Below, piece after piece: positions 21,639 to 35,325 of a DNA stretch of 64,000 nucleotides. Both the position numbers and the translations under genes were made by a program. The stretch comes from Macrostomum lignano (taxonomy: Eukaryota). Under the pieces are notes generated by a model. The model was not told where the DNA came from, made no database searches, and saw only the letters and a list, made by a program, of their open reading frames with translations. The stretch covers positions 1 to 64,000 of the forward strand of contig NIVC01002410.1 in assembly GCA_002269645.1 (NCBI GenBank), given 5' to 3'. The number at the start of each line of letters is the position of its first letter. The stretch's first letter is position 1.

Positions 21639-24600
21639 ATGGACCTGTGAGTTTTTTCCTTGTAGTTTTTATTTAAAATAAATACTTAACAATAAAATAC
21701 TTTTTCCAACTATTCTTTATTAGGGGTAAAGTCACAACACACTTTGATGCACTAGTCAAGTTTCACAAAACAACATCCCAGTTCAAAACAAAGGCTGAAG
21801 AAGTTGCTCATGTGCGTGGAGTAGTGTCCAAGCTGCAACAGGCACTGCAAGCTCGAGGTTTGTTAAATTATAATAATTTGTTATTCTGTCTATTAGAATG
21901 CTCTCAGTGATTTAATGCCCCAATCTATGGACCAACAGATGATGTAGAAATTTGGAAGAGCAATTCTTTAAAAAGGTATTGCTATTTGACGCTAAATTTT
22001 AGAAAAACTTCACAGAGATTCACTGCTACGGAAGGCGAACTATGCTCAGAGCCTGGTACTCACTCTGCAGACAGTGTCAGACCGGGAGGTGCACCTGGCC
22101 ACCGCCAGTTGCATACTGGAGCTGCTCGGTCAGACAAAGAGTGGCCAACGTGCGCGAATCTTTGTTAAACTGGGCGGCACGCAGGCTGTGTGCCAGGCGA
22201 TTGCATCGGAGTGGCGGTCCCCTACGCCCAATGAGGCTCTGCTGCTGCAGTTGCACCTGGTGAGCATTGTAAATAGAGAAGCGATTCCCCAGGCTTAAAC
22301 ACCACGTTTGAGATTATATTTAATTGAAATTGACTCACGGTCAGTGAACCGGTGTCCATGCTAGCATTGAATTCAAATTAAAACGATAGAACTGAATTTG
22401 GGGCTCATTTCGATTGTGTAGATGGGGTTGTAGCCTAGTGGTTAGAGCGTCAGACTCACGACTTGAAGGTCGGGTGTTCGATTCCCGATCCCACTGGCAC
22501 AATTTTTGTCCTTGAGCAAGCCCCCCCCCTGGACTGAGCAGCCGTGCGCAGCCTTCAGATGTTGTGACCAATTAAGATATAATATTTTTACCTGGGGCAG
22601 TAATTCAACAAATTTTCTTTGTTTTTATTGTTTTCGTATTTTCCCAATCTTTCTACTGTTAGTAGAGCATCAAATAAAAGTTCTTTATGATTGATTTTAT
22701 GTACGCAATAGTCTGCTATTTTTTATGTAAGTAAAGTATCAAGAAAAGGCCAGGTATAATAGTTGTATAGACAAACATATAGACTAACACATATAGGTAC
22801 AAATATACAAAAGCTGGTCTACTCTACTCAACTCTCAGGTTCTCGCCAAACTGGCGCCCAAAGACAAACGGCTGGCCACCAAAGCCAGGCTGTGCCAGTG
22901 CGCCCCGGTGGTACTGAGCCTCCTGCGCCACGGACTGTCCACTCGGGGCGCCGAGAGCCTCCTGCGGCTGTTGCGCGCCTACGCCCTCAGCCGGCAGAGC
23001 TCGACCAGCCTTGGCCGACACGGCGCCGTCCAGCTGCTGCTTCGCCTGCTGTCCGAGAGTCATCGCGGTGTTGGCAGCGCCAGCACTGGCGCATCAGCAG
23101 CTGCCGCGGGTCGGCGCCAGCCTCTGCCTGGCGGTCCGGCGCGGCGCGCAGCGGAGGCGCTCAGCCAGTTGACCCGGGCGCGCGCCAATGCCAGTCGCGC
23201 CATCACTGGCGGCGCAGCGGCTACGCTGGTGGAGCTGCTGAATGCCTCTGCGGTTACAACGGCGGCCGCTTCTGCCAGCGCACGTCAGCGGCAGCAGCAG
23301 CAACGCACTTATCTGTTGCGAGCGATTGTCCACACCCTGCGCAATGTCACTGCCAGCAAGGCTGGCCGGGCTGCATTCCATTCGGCCGGCGGGCCGGCCA
23401 GCCTCTACCGCCTCTGCTTGGCCGGCCCGGCCTCCTCAGCTGGCGAGCTCCTCAACGCTGGCGCCTGTATAATCCTGCGCCAGAGCGCGCCCCGCGCATG
23501 CCTGCCGGCGCCCAGCCTGCTGTCGCCTTACACACCGGCGCTGCTCCAGCTGCTGGTCAGCTCCACCAGCTCCGCCGCAGCCGCAGTCGCAGTTGCGTCG
23601 GATGATTCAGCAGACGCCGCCGCCGGGGCTGCTGCTGCCGCTGTCAACAGCGACGAGGACGAAAGTTCGGATGATGCCGACGTTCAGAAGCAACAGCAGC
23701 CGTCTGACGAATTTGCCGACGATGCGGCTGTCGGAGGCGCGGATCCGCGCTCAGCCGAGGAGCTTCGCGTCGCCTACGGCCACCTGGAGCCCGAGCTGTC
23801 CGACTGCTGCACCTGCTGTCCGGCGTCGACTGCGTCACTGACGCCGTCGCCAAGCCTGCCCAGTCTGGACGGGCTGGCCCTTGGACAGCCGACAGAGCCA
23901 GCGTCGGCCACTGAGATTGGCGGCCGTCTGTCTGTGTCGGCCACGTCGGCTCTGCTGGCTCCGGCCGCTGCTCAATCGTTCGCTCGCAGCCGCAGCATCG
24001 GCGGCTGGCCGGAGCCCTCGCCAGCGACGACTTCAGCAGCGTCTGCACCAGCCGCAGCCGCCGTCCGGTCGGTAGCGGAGCTCGCCATCACGGCTGGCCC
24101 GGAGCTGGTCAGCGTCAGTCCGCCGCCGCATCGGGAGCCTTGCGACACTCGGCGAAGCGAATGCGCCATGGAGCTGATGCTTGACGATGCTAGAAGGTTG
24201 GCTTAATAACTTCTTAGTAGAAACTTAGGTTACTAATTGACTTCTCTGCTTATTAAATCCGTATCTCTGCTTGTTAAATCTGCATCTCTACTTGTTGAAT
24301 CGGTATCTCTGCTTGTTGAATCGGTATCTCTGTTTGTTGAATCGGTATCTCTGCTTGTTGAATCGGTATCTCTGTTTGTTGAATCGGTATCTCTGCTTGT
24401 TGAATCGGTATCTCTGCTTGTTGAATCGGTATCTCTGTTTGTTGAATCGGTATCTCTGCTTGTTGAATCGGTATCTCTGCTTGTTGAATCGGTATCTCTG
24501 TTTGTTGAATCGGTATCTCTGCTTGTTGAATCGGTATCTCTGCTTGTTGAATCGGTATCTCTGTTTGTTGAATCGGTATCTCTGCTTGTTGAATCTGCAT

Positions 24601-27600
24601 CTCTACTTGTCGAATCGGTATCTCTGCTTGTTGAATCGGTATCTCTGCTTGTTGAATCGGTATCTCTGCTTGTTGAATCGGTATCTCTGCTTGTTGAATC
24701 GATATCTCTGTTTGTTGAATCGGTATCTCTGCTTGTTGAATCTGCATCTCTACTTGTCGAATCGGTATCTCTGCTTGTTGAATCGATATCTCTGTTTGTT
24801 GAATCGGTATCTCTGCTTGTTGAATCTGCATCTCTACTTGTCGAATCGGTATCTCTGTTTGTTGAATCGGTATCTCTACTTGTTGAATCGGTATCTCTAC
24901 TTGTTGAATCGGTATCTCTGCTTGTTGAATCGGTATCTCTGCTTGTTGAATCGGTATCTCTGCTTGTTGAATCGGTATCTCTGCTTGTTGAATCGATATC
25001 TCTGTTTGTTGAATCGGTATCTCTGCTTGTTGAATCTGCATCTCTACTTGTCGAATCGGTATCTCTGTTTGTTGAATCGGTATCTCTGCTTGTTGAATCG
25101 GCATCTCCGCTTGATGAATCTGCATCTCCGCTTGATGTACTGGCATCTCCGCTTAATGAATCGACATCTCCGCTTAATGAATCGACATCTCCGCTTAATG
25201 AATCGACATCTCCGCTTAATGAATCGACATCTCCGCTTAGTGAATCGACATCTCCGCTTAATGAATCGACATCTCCGCTTAATGAATTGGCATCTCCGCT
25301 TAAGGATCGGCATCTCCGCTTATTGAACCAGTGTATCTGGCTTTCCTACACTTTAAATAGGCCTCCCCGCTCTTTGACTTGACATCTTTGTATTTTGTAT
25401 TGAAACAAAAGATCCCAATTTCACTGCTCATTAAGGTACATATGCATTCACTCATCTCGACCTGCTTTTGACTAGGTGGATCGACCCGTCCGACGTTTTG
25501 AACCGAGTTGTCTACGACCTTGATGCCATTGTTGCTGAGCAGCACCAGCAGCACCAGCCGCCTCCACCAGCCAGCGATGAGAAACTGTCCCCAATAGGCT
25601 CTGGCTCAGTTGATCACCTGACATTTGAGTCGCGCTTCGAGTCTGGCAATCTGCGTCGAGCCATCCAGATCCGCGAACGCGAATACGACCTGCTGCTGTG
25701 CCCGGACATTGGCCACCGAGGCCAGACGCAGTGGTTCTACTTCCGCTTGGCCAACGTCCAGCCCGGGGCAGCCTATCGTTTCAACGTTATCAACTGCGAG
25801 AAGCCCAACTCGCAGTTCAATTGCGGCATGCGGCCGCTGATGTACAGCAGCAGGGAGGCCCAGCTGGGCAGGCCGCACTGGTTGCGAGTCGGCACTCGAG
25901 TCTGCTACTATCGCAACCACTACCAGCGCGCTAAGCAGGCCGGCACTAAGCCTTACTACACTGCATCGTTTTCTATTGCATTCCGGCACTCTGGCGATAT
26001 CTGCTATTTGGCTTACTATGTGCCATACACCTACTCCAGGCTGATGGCTGACCTACGCGACTGGCGACTCGTTGCCAGCCGGGACGCCAGCATCGCTTAT
26101 CATCAGCAGTGGCTGTGCCAGTCGCTTGGCGGCAACCGCCTGCCATTGCTGACTGTGACCGCGGCGTCAGCTAGCGAGGAGCCGCGGCAGCAGCGACCGT
26201 GCGTCTTCATCAGCGGCCGGGTGCATCCGGGCGAGGCCAACGCCAGCTGGGTTGTGCGCGGCCTGGTAGCCCACCTGCTCAGCCCCGCTGTCAGGTGAAA
26301 TGTTTGGCTTTGCTATCGGTCTGTGCCAGTTGTCTATTGGTGTACAAAGACCATAGGGACAGCGGATGTCTATTGGTGTACAAAGACCATAGGGACAGCG
26401 GATGTCTATTGGTGTACAAAGACCATAGGGACAGCGGATGTCTATTGGTGTACAAAGACCATAGGGATAGCGGATGTCTATTGGTGTACAAAGACCATAG
26501 GGATAGCGGGTGTCTATTGGTGTACAAAGACCATAGGGATAGCGGATGTCTATTGGTGTACAAAGACCATTGGGATAGCGGGTGTCTATTGGTGTACAAA
26601 GACAATAGGGACAGCGGATGTCTATTGGTGTACAAAGACCATAGGGATAGCGGATGTCTATTGGTGTACAAAGACCATAGGGATAGCGGATGTCTATTGG
26701 TGTACAAAGACCATAGAGACAGCGGGTGTCTATTGGTGTACAAAGACCATAGGGACAGCGGATGTCTATTGGTGTACAAAGACCATAGGGACAGCGGATG
26801 TCTATTAGTGTACAAAGACCATAGGGATAGCGGATGTCTATTGGTGTACAAAGACCATAGGGATAGCGGGTGTCTATTGGTGTACAAAGACCATAGGGAT
26901 AGCGGAAGTCTATTGGTGTACAAAGACCATTGGGATAGCGGGTGTCTATTGGTGTACAAAGACCATAGGGACAGCGGATGTCTATTGGTGTACAAAGACC
27001 ATAGGGACAGCGGATGTCTATTGGTGCACAAAGACCATAGGGACAGCGGATGTCTATTGGTGTACAAAGACCATAGGGACAGCGGATGTCTATTGGTGTA
27101 CAAAGACCATAGGGACAGCGGATGTCTATTAGTGTACAAAGACCATAGGGACAGCGGATGTCTATTGGTGTACAAAGACCATAGGGACAGCGGATGTCTA
27201 TTGGTGTACAAAGACCATAGGGACAGCGGATGTCTATTGGTGTACAAAGACCATAGGGATAGCGGATGTCTATTGGTGTACAAAGACCATAGGGATAGCG
27301 GGTGTCTATTGGTGTACAAAGACCATAGGGACAGCGGATGTCTATTAGTGTACAAAGACCATAGGGATAGCGGATGTCTATTGGTGTACAAAGACCATAG
27401 GGATAGCGGGTGTCTATTGGTGTACAAAGACCATAGGGATAGCGGATGTCTATTGGTGTACAAAGACCATTGGGATAGCGGGTGTCTATTGGTGTACAAA
27501 GACCATAGGGACAGCGGATGTCTATTGGTGTACAAAGACCATAGGGACAGCGGATGTCTATTGGTGCATAAAGACCATAGGGACAGCGGATGTCTATTGG

Positions 27601-30600
27601 TGTACAAAGACCATAGGGATAGCGGATGTCTATTGGTGTACAAAGACCATAGGGATAGCGGATGTCTATTGGTGTACAAAGACCATAGGGATAACAGTGC
27701 CGCGTGTGTTACTCGTTATTAGTAGCTAAAAATTACTATAAAACGCATGCATTATAATAGGAGAAACCTTCAAGTTTTTCGGATTGCTGATCGATTCCCC
27801 GACCCACACACAGGACCCTTCGCAGTCGATTTGTGTTTAAAATCGCTCCAATGCTAAATCCCGACGGAGTGATCAACGGCAATCACCGCTGCTCCCTAGC
27901 CGTGGTGGATCTCAACAGGACCTGGCTGGCGCCCAATGCAACCGCGAATCCCGAGATTTACCACACCAAGGTGACTCGCTATGGATTTGTGACTGATTCT
28001 GAGCGCTGGAAATTGCTTGATTAGTTGATCGGGTGATTAGTTGATCGGGTGATTAGTTGATCTGGTGATTAGTTGATCGGGTGATTAGTTGATCAGGTGA
28101 TTAGTTGATCGGGTGATTAGTTGATCGGGTGATTATTTGACTAGATGATTAGTTAAACAGATAATTAGTTGATCGGGTAATTAGTTGATCGGGTGATTAG
28201 TTGATCGGGTGATTAGTTGATCGGGTGATTAGTTGATCGGATAATTAGTTGATCGGGTGATTAGTTGATCGGGTGATTAGTTGATCGGGTGATTAGTTGA
28301 TCGGATAATTAGTTGATCGGGTGATTAGTTGATCGGGTGATTAGTTGATCGGGTGATTAGTTGATCGGGTAATTAGTTGATCGGGTAATTAGTTGATCGG
28401 GTAATTAGTTGATCGGGTAATTAGTTGATCGGGTGATTGGTTGATCGGATGATTAGTTGATCGGGTGATTAGTTGATCGGGTGATTAGTTGATCGGATGA
28501 TTAGTTGATCGGGTGATTAGTTGATCGGGTGATTATTTGACTAGATGATTAGTTAAACAGATAATTAGTTGATCGGGTAATTAGTTGATCGGGTGATTAG
28601 TTGATCGGGTGATTAGTTGATCGGGTGATTAGTTAATCGGATGATTAGTTGATCGGGTGATTAGTTGATCGGGTGATTAGTTGATCGGGTGATTAGTTGA
28701 TCGGGTGATTAGTTGATCGGGTGATTAGTTGATCGGGTAATTATTTGACTAGATGATTAGTTAAACAGATAATTAGTTGATCGGGTAATTAGTTGATCAG
28801 GTGATTAGTTGATCGGGTGATTAGTTGATCGGGTGATTATTTGACTAGATGATTAGTTAAACAGATAATTAGTTGATCGGGTAATTAGTTGATCGGGTGA
28901 TTAGTTGATCGGGTGATTAGTTGACTAGATGATTAGTTAAACAGATAATTAGTTGATCGGGTAATTAGTTGATCGGGTGATTAGTTGATCAGGTGATTAG
29001 TTGATCGGGTGATTAGTTGATCGGGTGATTAGTTGATCGGGTGATTAGTTGATCGGGTGATTATTTGACTAGATGATTAGTTAAACAGATAATTAGTTGA
29101 TCGGGTAATTAGTTGATCGGGCGATTAGTTGATCGGGTGATTAGTTGACTAGATGATTAGTTAAACAGATAATTAGTTGATCGGGTAATTAGTTGATCAG
29201 GTGATTAGTTGATCGGGCGATTAGTTGATCGGGTGATTAGTTGACTAGATGATTAGTTAAACAGATGATTAGTTGATCGGGTGATTATTTGACTAGATGA
29301 TTAGTTAAACAGATAATTAGTTGATCGGGTGATTAGTTGATCGGGCGATTAGTTGATCGGGTGATTAGTTGACTAGATGATTAGTTAAACAGATAATTAG
29401 TTGATCGGGTAATTAGTTGATCAGGTGATTAGTTGATCGGGTAATTAGTTGATCAGGTGATTAGTTGATCGGATAATTAGTTGATCGGGTGATTAATTGA
29501 TGGGGTAATTAGTTGATCGGGCAATTAGTTGATCGGGCAATTAGTTAATCGGGTAATTAGTTGACTAGATGATTAGCTGATCGGGTGATTCGTTGATCGG
29601 GTGATTAATCGATAATGCTATTAGTTGATTGGCTATCCCTCAGGGCCTCATGAGCTACCTATGCTCGTCCGGCCGCCGCCCAGTTGTGTACATCGACTGT
29701 CACGGCCACTCCCGTCACAACAACGTCTTCATGTTCGGCTGCTCCCCCAGCCTTAGCTGGCTGCCCGATGACCGCGACAATCCCGGCTGGCTGGCCGCTG
29801 AACCTCCGGCTAACGACAATGAAGCTCGTCGCGATGACAACGGCGTCAGACCAGTCAGCGGCGGCCCCGGAGGAGGCGTTTGGATTGAGGATCCCGGATA
29901 TCGGGAGTTGCCGCGACTTCTGGCTCAGATGGCCCCCGCGTTTGCCTGGCGGAACTGCAACTTCAAGGTGCGGTGCAGACTTTGATGTGTCTGTCTGTGC
30001 TGTCGTGTGAGCGGGTTCTCCTGTTGTGTGAGTGGGTTCTCCTGTTGTGTGAGCGGGTTCTTCCATTGTGTGAGCGGGTTCTCTTGTTGTGTGAGTGGGT
30101 TCTCCCATTGTGTGAGCGGGTTCTCCCATTGTATGAGCGGGTTCTCCCATTGTATGAGCGGGTTCTCCCATTGTAGAAGCAGGTTCTCCAGTTGTGAGTG
30201 GGTCCTGTTGTGTGAGCAGATCCTTCCCATTGCGGCATTCAAAGTTCCATAGTTCCGTGCAAAACTCAACACTCTGTACCCATCGACCCGCCCCAGGTGG
30301 ACCGCTCCAAGGAGTCCACGGCTCGCGTTGTCGCCTGGCGCCACCTCGGCATCCTGCGCGCCTACACTTTGGAGGCCTCGTACAGCTGCTGCGACCAGGG
30401 ACCCTACCGGGGCTGCCACCTGGGCACCCGCGAGCTGGAGGAGATGGGCGCCAGGCTTGGCGAAGCGATTCTCCGTTGGGCGCAGGGCGAGGCGCCGGGC
30501 GCGGATCCGCCGCTAGCGCAGCAGCCGGCATCGGCGGCGTCGTCGGCTGCCGCCGGTTCAGGCAGAGCTGGCCGAAGCAGGAAGGTTTTCAGGTTAGCTG

Positions 30601-31466
30601 CTCATATTGATCATGAACAGTCTCATTTTTATCATGCTATTGGTCATAAATTGGATATTATTGTCAGCCTGGTAAATATTATTGGTAATACTAACCTAAT
30701 GAATTAATCACAATGGTTATACTACTGGCAACTGCCCATAATAGCCAAGCTATTGGTCATAGTGGTCCGTGATATTAGCCACGCTTTTTGTTGTAGTAGT
30801 GATACTGATCATGTTTATTTGTCACTCTGGCCATGCTATTGGCCTTATTGGTGACGCTATTTGGTCTTGTTGGTGACGCTATTAGCCTTATATATTGGTG
30901 ACGCTATTAGCCTTATCGGTGACTCTATTGACCTTATTGGTGACGCTATTAGCCTTATTGGTGACGCTATTAGCCATATTGGTGACGCTATTAGCCTTAT
31001 TGGTGACGCTATTAGCCATATTGGTGACACTATTAGCCATATTGGTGACGCTATTAGCCATATTGGTGAGGCTATTGGTCTCATATTTTCGTGCGGCTAT
31101 CTACGAAATTAAAGCAGTGCGATTAATAATACATTCTTATGAAAAGCATTGCGCTGCAATCACATTCGCGACAGACCGAGTGGCGCCGGCGCCGCAGCGA
31201 TCAGCGCCAGCGACGACGACGACGGTGACGACGACGACGACGACGCCGGTGAAGAAGAAGAAGACACGGACGACAACGGCGAAGAGTCTGCGGCTGCTGG
31301 TGAGAGAGGAGGCGACGTTGATCCCAATAGCAACGCCAGCGCAGTTGACGCCGGTCCCGGAGGCAGCGGCGACTGTATTATTGAAGACGAGAGCGTTCTG
31401 CTGTGCTGTCGGAGCTCCTTTGTGCGCGAGCCCGAGGGTGAGAACTGCTCCGCCAGCGTGCTGTAA
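21639..31466 (+). CDS. AGTPBP1: Cytosolic carboxypeptidase 1 (Nna1), 9 exons, 1214 aa
   Basis: join(21639..21646,21724..21857,22003..22259,22839..24196,25476..26294,27814..27970,29644..29967,30297..30592,31175..31466); all introns GT-AG and phases consistent. Motifs [50 protein letters not shown]. Confidence 0.92.
22424..22562 (+). mobile_element. tRNA-derived SINE family A, internally deleted copy
   Basis: A box TAGCCTAGTGG and B box TGTTCGATTCC. Near-identical head to 59820-60125 but lacking its middle. Confidence 0.85.
24240..25330. repeat. 21-bp minisatellite (gttgaatcggtatctctgctt) in CCP1 intron 4
   Basis: Direct reading; the unit drifts to aatgaatcgacatctccgctt at the 3' end. Confidence 0.97.
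26330..27690. repeat. 36-bp minisatellite in CCP1 intron 5
   Basis: Unit ctattggtgtacaaagaccatagggacagcggatgt. Confidence 0.97.
28018..29625. repeat. 16-bp minisatellite in CCP1 intron 6
   Basis: Unit ttagttgatcgggtga, with a recurring variant block gactagatgattagttaaacagat. Confidence 0.97.
30003..30200. repeat. 21-bp minisatellite in CCP1 intron 7
   Basis: Unit gtgagcgggttctcccattgt. Confidence 0.93.
30840..31080. repeat. 21-bp minisatellite in CCP1 intron 8
   Basis: Unit attggtgacgctattagcc(at/tt). Confidence 0.93.
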
Positions 31467-33152
31467 CCTACGGACAAGTGTAGCTCGTAGTGCTTAAGAA
31501 AACTTCACCAGGGCAGCGATGGTTACTACCCAGTACATGCAAGCCAACACTTGTATGCCGTAACTAATGCATGATTGGCTTTCTCACTCCGATACATCGA
31601 CAGCCAATCAAAGCCAGTTTCAAGGAGTATTTTTTTCAAAAGAAAATTTGGTCAAAATGTAAACTTCCTCACTTTGTATAATATTTTCGAATTTGATCTT
31701 TCATTTTTTGAGTGCTACTACACTTTCGTAAATGCGTAATTTCTCTGTCGCCTTTTTGTTATTATTGTTTTGACCGGCTGGAATTGCAGTAGCTAGCTAA
31801 AACTCGTATAACGTGTTTGAAACCTGCAGCACGTTAGCTCGAGTAAAGCTACTAGAGGATAATTTTTATCTGCTGCCATTGCATGTGTTACATGCCATTA
31901 ACTGTAGATATTTATTTCTTTCTATGCCTATTTGCTACTGAGCTGTTATATAGCAGATTCTTATTTTAGCTTACACGCATTCGGATGAAGATACACTCCC
32001 TTCATCAGTCTTCTCAAAGCCTCGTAGCTAACCATCGATAACGAACGCATGCCTTTTCACCTGTTGATATAAATCAACGGGACTTTATGTATTAGAAATA
32101 TACGAAAACTCGTTATAACCATATTTTATTTATCACCCGCGGTTAAACGAGCTACTGCTTAATTACGTTTTCTTTTTTCATTTACAATGCAAAAGAGTTG
32201 AAGAGTTGAGTATAAACTCGGTGTTAGCTGCCTTTTTCTTTTTATTTTTTCAATGATAAATTTTCTAAAAGACAAAATAATTTTTGCTAGTCAGCCGTGA
32301 CATTGGTCTGGTGTTATTCTGTCATAGGTCAAAGTAATAATTCCACACATACGCATCCTTTGGAAACTCATCTATATTTGCATGGGAGCTGTGGAAGCCT
32401 GCACATGTAATTCAATATGATTCCACAAGCCCTGCGAGCCACATTGATGGAGGACCTTCTGAGCATCGGCCTGACCCCCTGACCGCCACTGACTGCCCCC
32501 CGCCCCCGAGCTTGTTCGATCAAACAGCGTGTGCCTGCTTGCTGGCACTTGCTAGCTGGGCGACATTACTAAATAGTAATAAGCCTAATTGCAAATAATT
32601 ATATGTTAATTTGCAATTTGCAATTTGCAATTATGCAAAAAACATTTGACGTAAGATTTAGTCACAGTAAGACAAGCTGATACTCGCCTATGAATGAAAC
32701 CGAAAAAATCAAGCTTCTGGCGATCCAGTTATATTCATGAATCTCCATGGAGTAAGCTAAAACACGTTCAAATCATTAAAACAAATTACTACAGTTAGCT
32801 ATGTGCAAAATGATAAACAACAACTTTTTTATGAATTTTTAAAAATAGACGGTCTTACTTCTTAGCATGAAAAGATCAGAAAGTAACTTATTTGGCGAGT
32901 AAGACGTTGATTTGTTTTTTTGGTTTCCTGGAACTGCATGCTTGATGCCTGGGCAGGCGGGGAATTCTGAAAATATTTAAAAGTCCTAAGTACAAGTACG
33001 AAGAAATCAACATGATGTGCAACTGAAAAACGAAAAAGTGAAAGTACTGAACAGAATAGATATTAAAAGTAAAAAATGACTAATGTATGCATGTTTCTAT
33101 CCTCTGAAACTTAAAAATAATTAGAGTAGGCTGTAGGCATGCTAGGCCTAAC

Positions 33153-33264
33153 GGCTATCCTGTAGTTTCGCACGTTAAATTATTTTACGGAATTATTTCG
33201 CCCTCTATTCAAGGGTGGTGGGGGGTGGGGGTTATAATTAAACGTGCGAAACTACAGGATAGCC
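33153..33264. mobile_element. 112-bp MITE with perfect 24-bp TIRs and 8-bp TSD
   Basis: TIR GGCTATCCTGTAGTTTCGCACGTT; TSD GGCCTAAC at 33145-33152 and 33265-33272. Confidence 0.92.
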
Positions 33265-33809
33265 GGCCTAACTTATACTATACATACCTCGGTGTGTATA
33301 GTTAAGCTATGTGTACATATGATAAGACATTTACCTACCTCTGCTACCTGGGCATCGCGCATATGCCTAGCTTAATGTCAATGAATTTACTTATACCTTG
33401 AATTGCAGAATTTACTTACAGATGCAAGTATTGGTGTCTATACTCTATAGTCCTAATTATACTATGACCTTTAAATTTTTAGGTCTAGTCCTAATATAGC
33501 CTCTGATTCCAACATAAAAATTTTAGTCTAAATATTAATTCATAGGCCTAATAAAGTTCAGGCCTGCCACCCATTGTTACTAGTATTGGAAATTTTGTCT
33601 ATAAGAATTTTTTATTGATCACTTTGCCTATTTCATATTTGCATATGATAAGACATTTTGTATAGAAAGCACCCATAATATTTTATTTAAATGTGATTCT
33701 TAATTTCTTATTAAATATTAGGTTAGGTCTATATTGGCCATTTAAATAAGTTAGGGCCTAGACAAAAGCTACTATCTTTAAATATACTATATAGATAATT
33801 TTTTTGCTA

Positions 33810-35010
33810 CACTTAGAGACATGGCGACCATGTCTATAATGCAGAAACTTATACATATACACATTGTGGCCATGTCTCTAATAGTGACTAGGTCCATACT
33901 TATCGACACAGCAACCATTTCTATCAATTTTTAAAGATCAAATTTTTTCCTTCTTTTGTAGTTAAGGATTTTTTGGAATCTATTTAATTTTTTTGTTTTT
34001 TTATTTTTGTTTGTTAAATCCATGGTTGCTATTGGATTCTGAGATAGACACGGCAGCCGTGTCTATAAGTATGGACCTAGTCATTATTAGAGACATGGCC
34101 GCCGTGTCAATGAAACTTGCATGGCAGCCGTGTCGTTAATATTGAATGGGTTTACACTAGGGGTCATAATCCTGGGATCCTAGGATTTAGGGCTTTTTAT
34201 GGGATCCTGGGATTCACAGGGTCGGGATTCAATCCCAGAAAGGTAATGCTATGTTTTTATAATGTCTAATAAAATAGCAATAAGCAAGACAGTTAGGTAA
34301 AATATAGAACATACATGTATCCATGTCCACTCTCCATTGCCCACTTTGTATAATCTTTGATGTTGAGTTCAGTCTTGTTTAAATAATTTAGCATTGATTT
34401 TGAATTTTGAACTCATAATGCATGTTGTAACAACCTTGACAACATGAATGCCCACTGCCCAGACAGTAGTAGGTTGTGATTGTAAATGTAATGTATACAT
34501 TCATATTGCTTTGCACAGTGATACATGTACATTACATAATCAAGTATATATTATACATCATTAGGCCCATATAGCTATAGGCCCATATGCATATTACAAT
34601 ATTGATATTACGAGTAGTATTTAATATTCTACGAGTATAATAACATCATTTTTATAATGTTATATATTGTATTACCAGCTTAGCATTACCCTTTTAGCTC
34701 CTACCATAACTGTAAGTGTTATAAAAATGTCAGTCGCAGCATTTTTATGACATTATAACAATGTTGTGACACGGATAGTACTGGAAAATATCAATCCTGA
34801 GATAATCTAGGGATCCCGAGATTTGACATTTCCTAATCCCAGGATTCCGGGATTGACAGAATACGGGATTTTGTGACCCCTAGTTCACACTTAAAGACAC
34901 GGTGGGTGGCCATGTCATTAATATTGAATGGGTTCACACTTGGAGACACAGGATGGTGGGTGGCCGTGTCTCTAATATTGGAGCTTATAGGCACGGCTGC
35001 CATTGCCATA
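33810..35010. mobile_element. Palindrome-rich MITE-like element (GACACGGCAGCCGTGTC motifs) interrupted by a hAT MITE
   Basis: ~40-bp inverted repeat at ~33868-33910 / ~34060-34100, with repeated GACA(C/T)GG..CC(G/A)TGTC palindromes on both sides of the hAT insert. Confidence 0.6.
34158..34882. mobile_element. hAT-type MITE
   Basis: TIRs TAGGGGTCA(T/C)AA..TCC, subterminal GGGATCCC/AATCCC repeats, and 8-bp TSD GTTTACAC (34150-34157) / GTTCACAC (34883-34890). Confidence 0.82.
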
Positions 35011-35257
35011 TATATAATCATAAAATTGGATGAAAAGATTGATCAATTAAAAAGTCAGAAATTTTTTTAATTTTATTTTTTTTAAATTAAATTAAATTAA
35101 TTCTTAAGAGTAACACAAAATCATTTTAAAGTGCTACTGCAATTATATATGTAATTGAAAAAATTATTTTCATTTATTTTAATTATTTTTTTAAACTTAA
35201 AAAGTTCAAGATGGAAAATTTTCTGTTTGCTAAAAAAATTCAAATAAAAAAACTATG

Positions 35258-35325
35258 ACCACTTGGAATCAAACCTAGCTGCTCACAACTCACAAGGCAA
35301 TATACATACCCACTAAGCCACAACT
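35258..35325 (-). mobile_element. Decayed tRNA-derived SINE head
   Basis: Minus strand TGGCTTAGTGG (A box) ... GGTTTGATTCC (B box with CpG>TpG). Confidence 0.5.

Noticed and set aside
22424-22495. Possible tRNA gene (also 59820-59895 and 49431-49500)
   Set aside because: A/B boxes are present but there is no proper acceptor stem, and each continues into a repeated SINE body.
26330-27690. 36-bp repeats (also 51275-51530 and 63110-63720) of CRISPR-like length
   Set aside because: Head-to-tail tandem units with no unique spacers, in a eukaryotic context with no cas genes.
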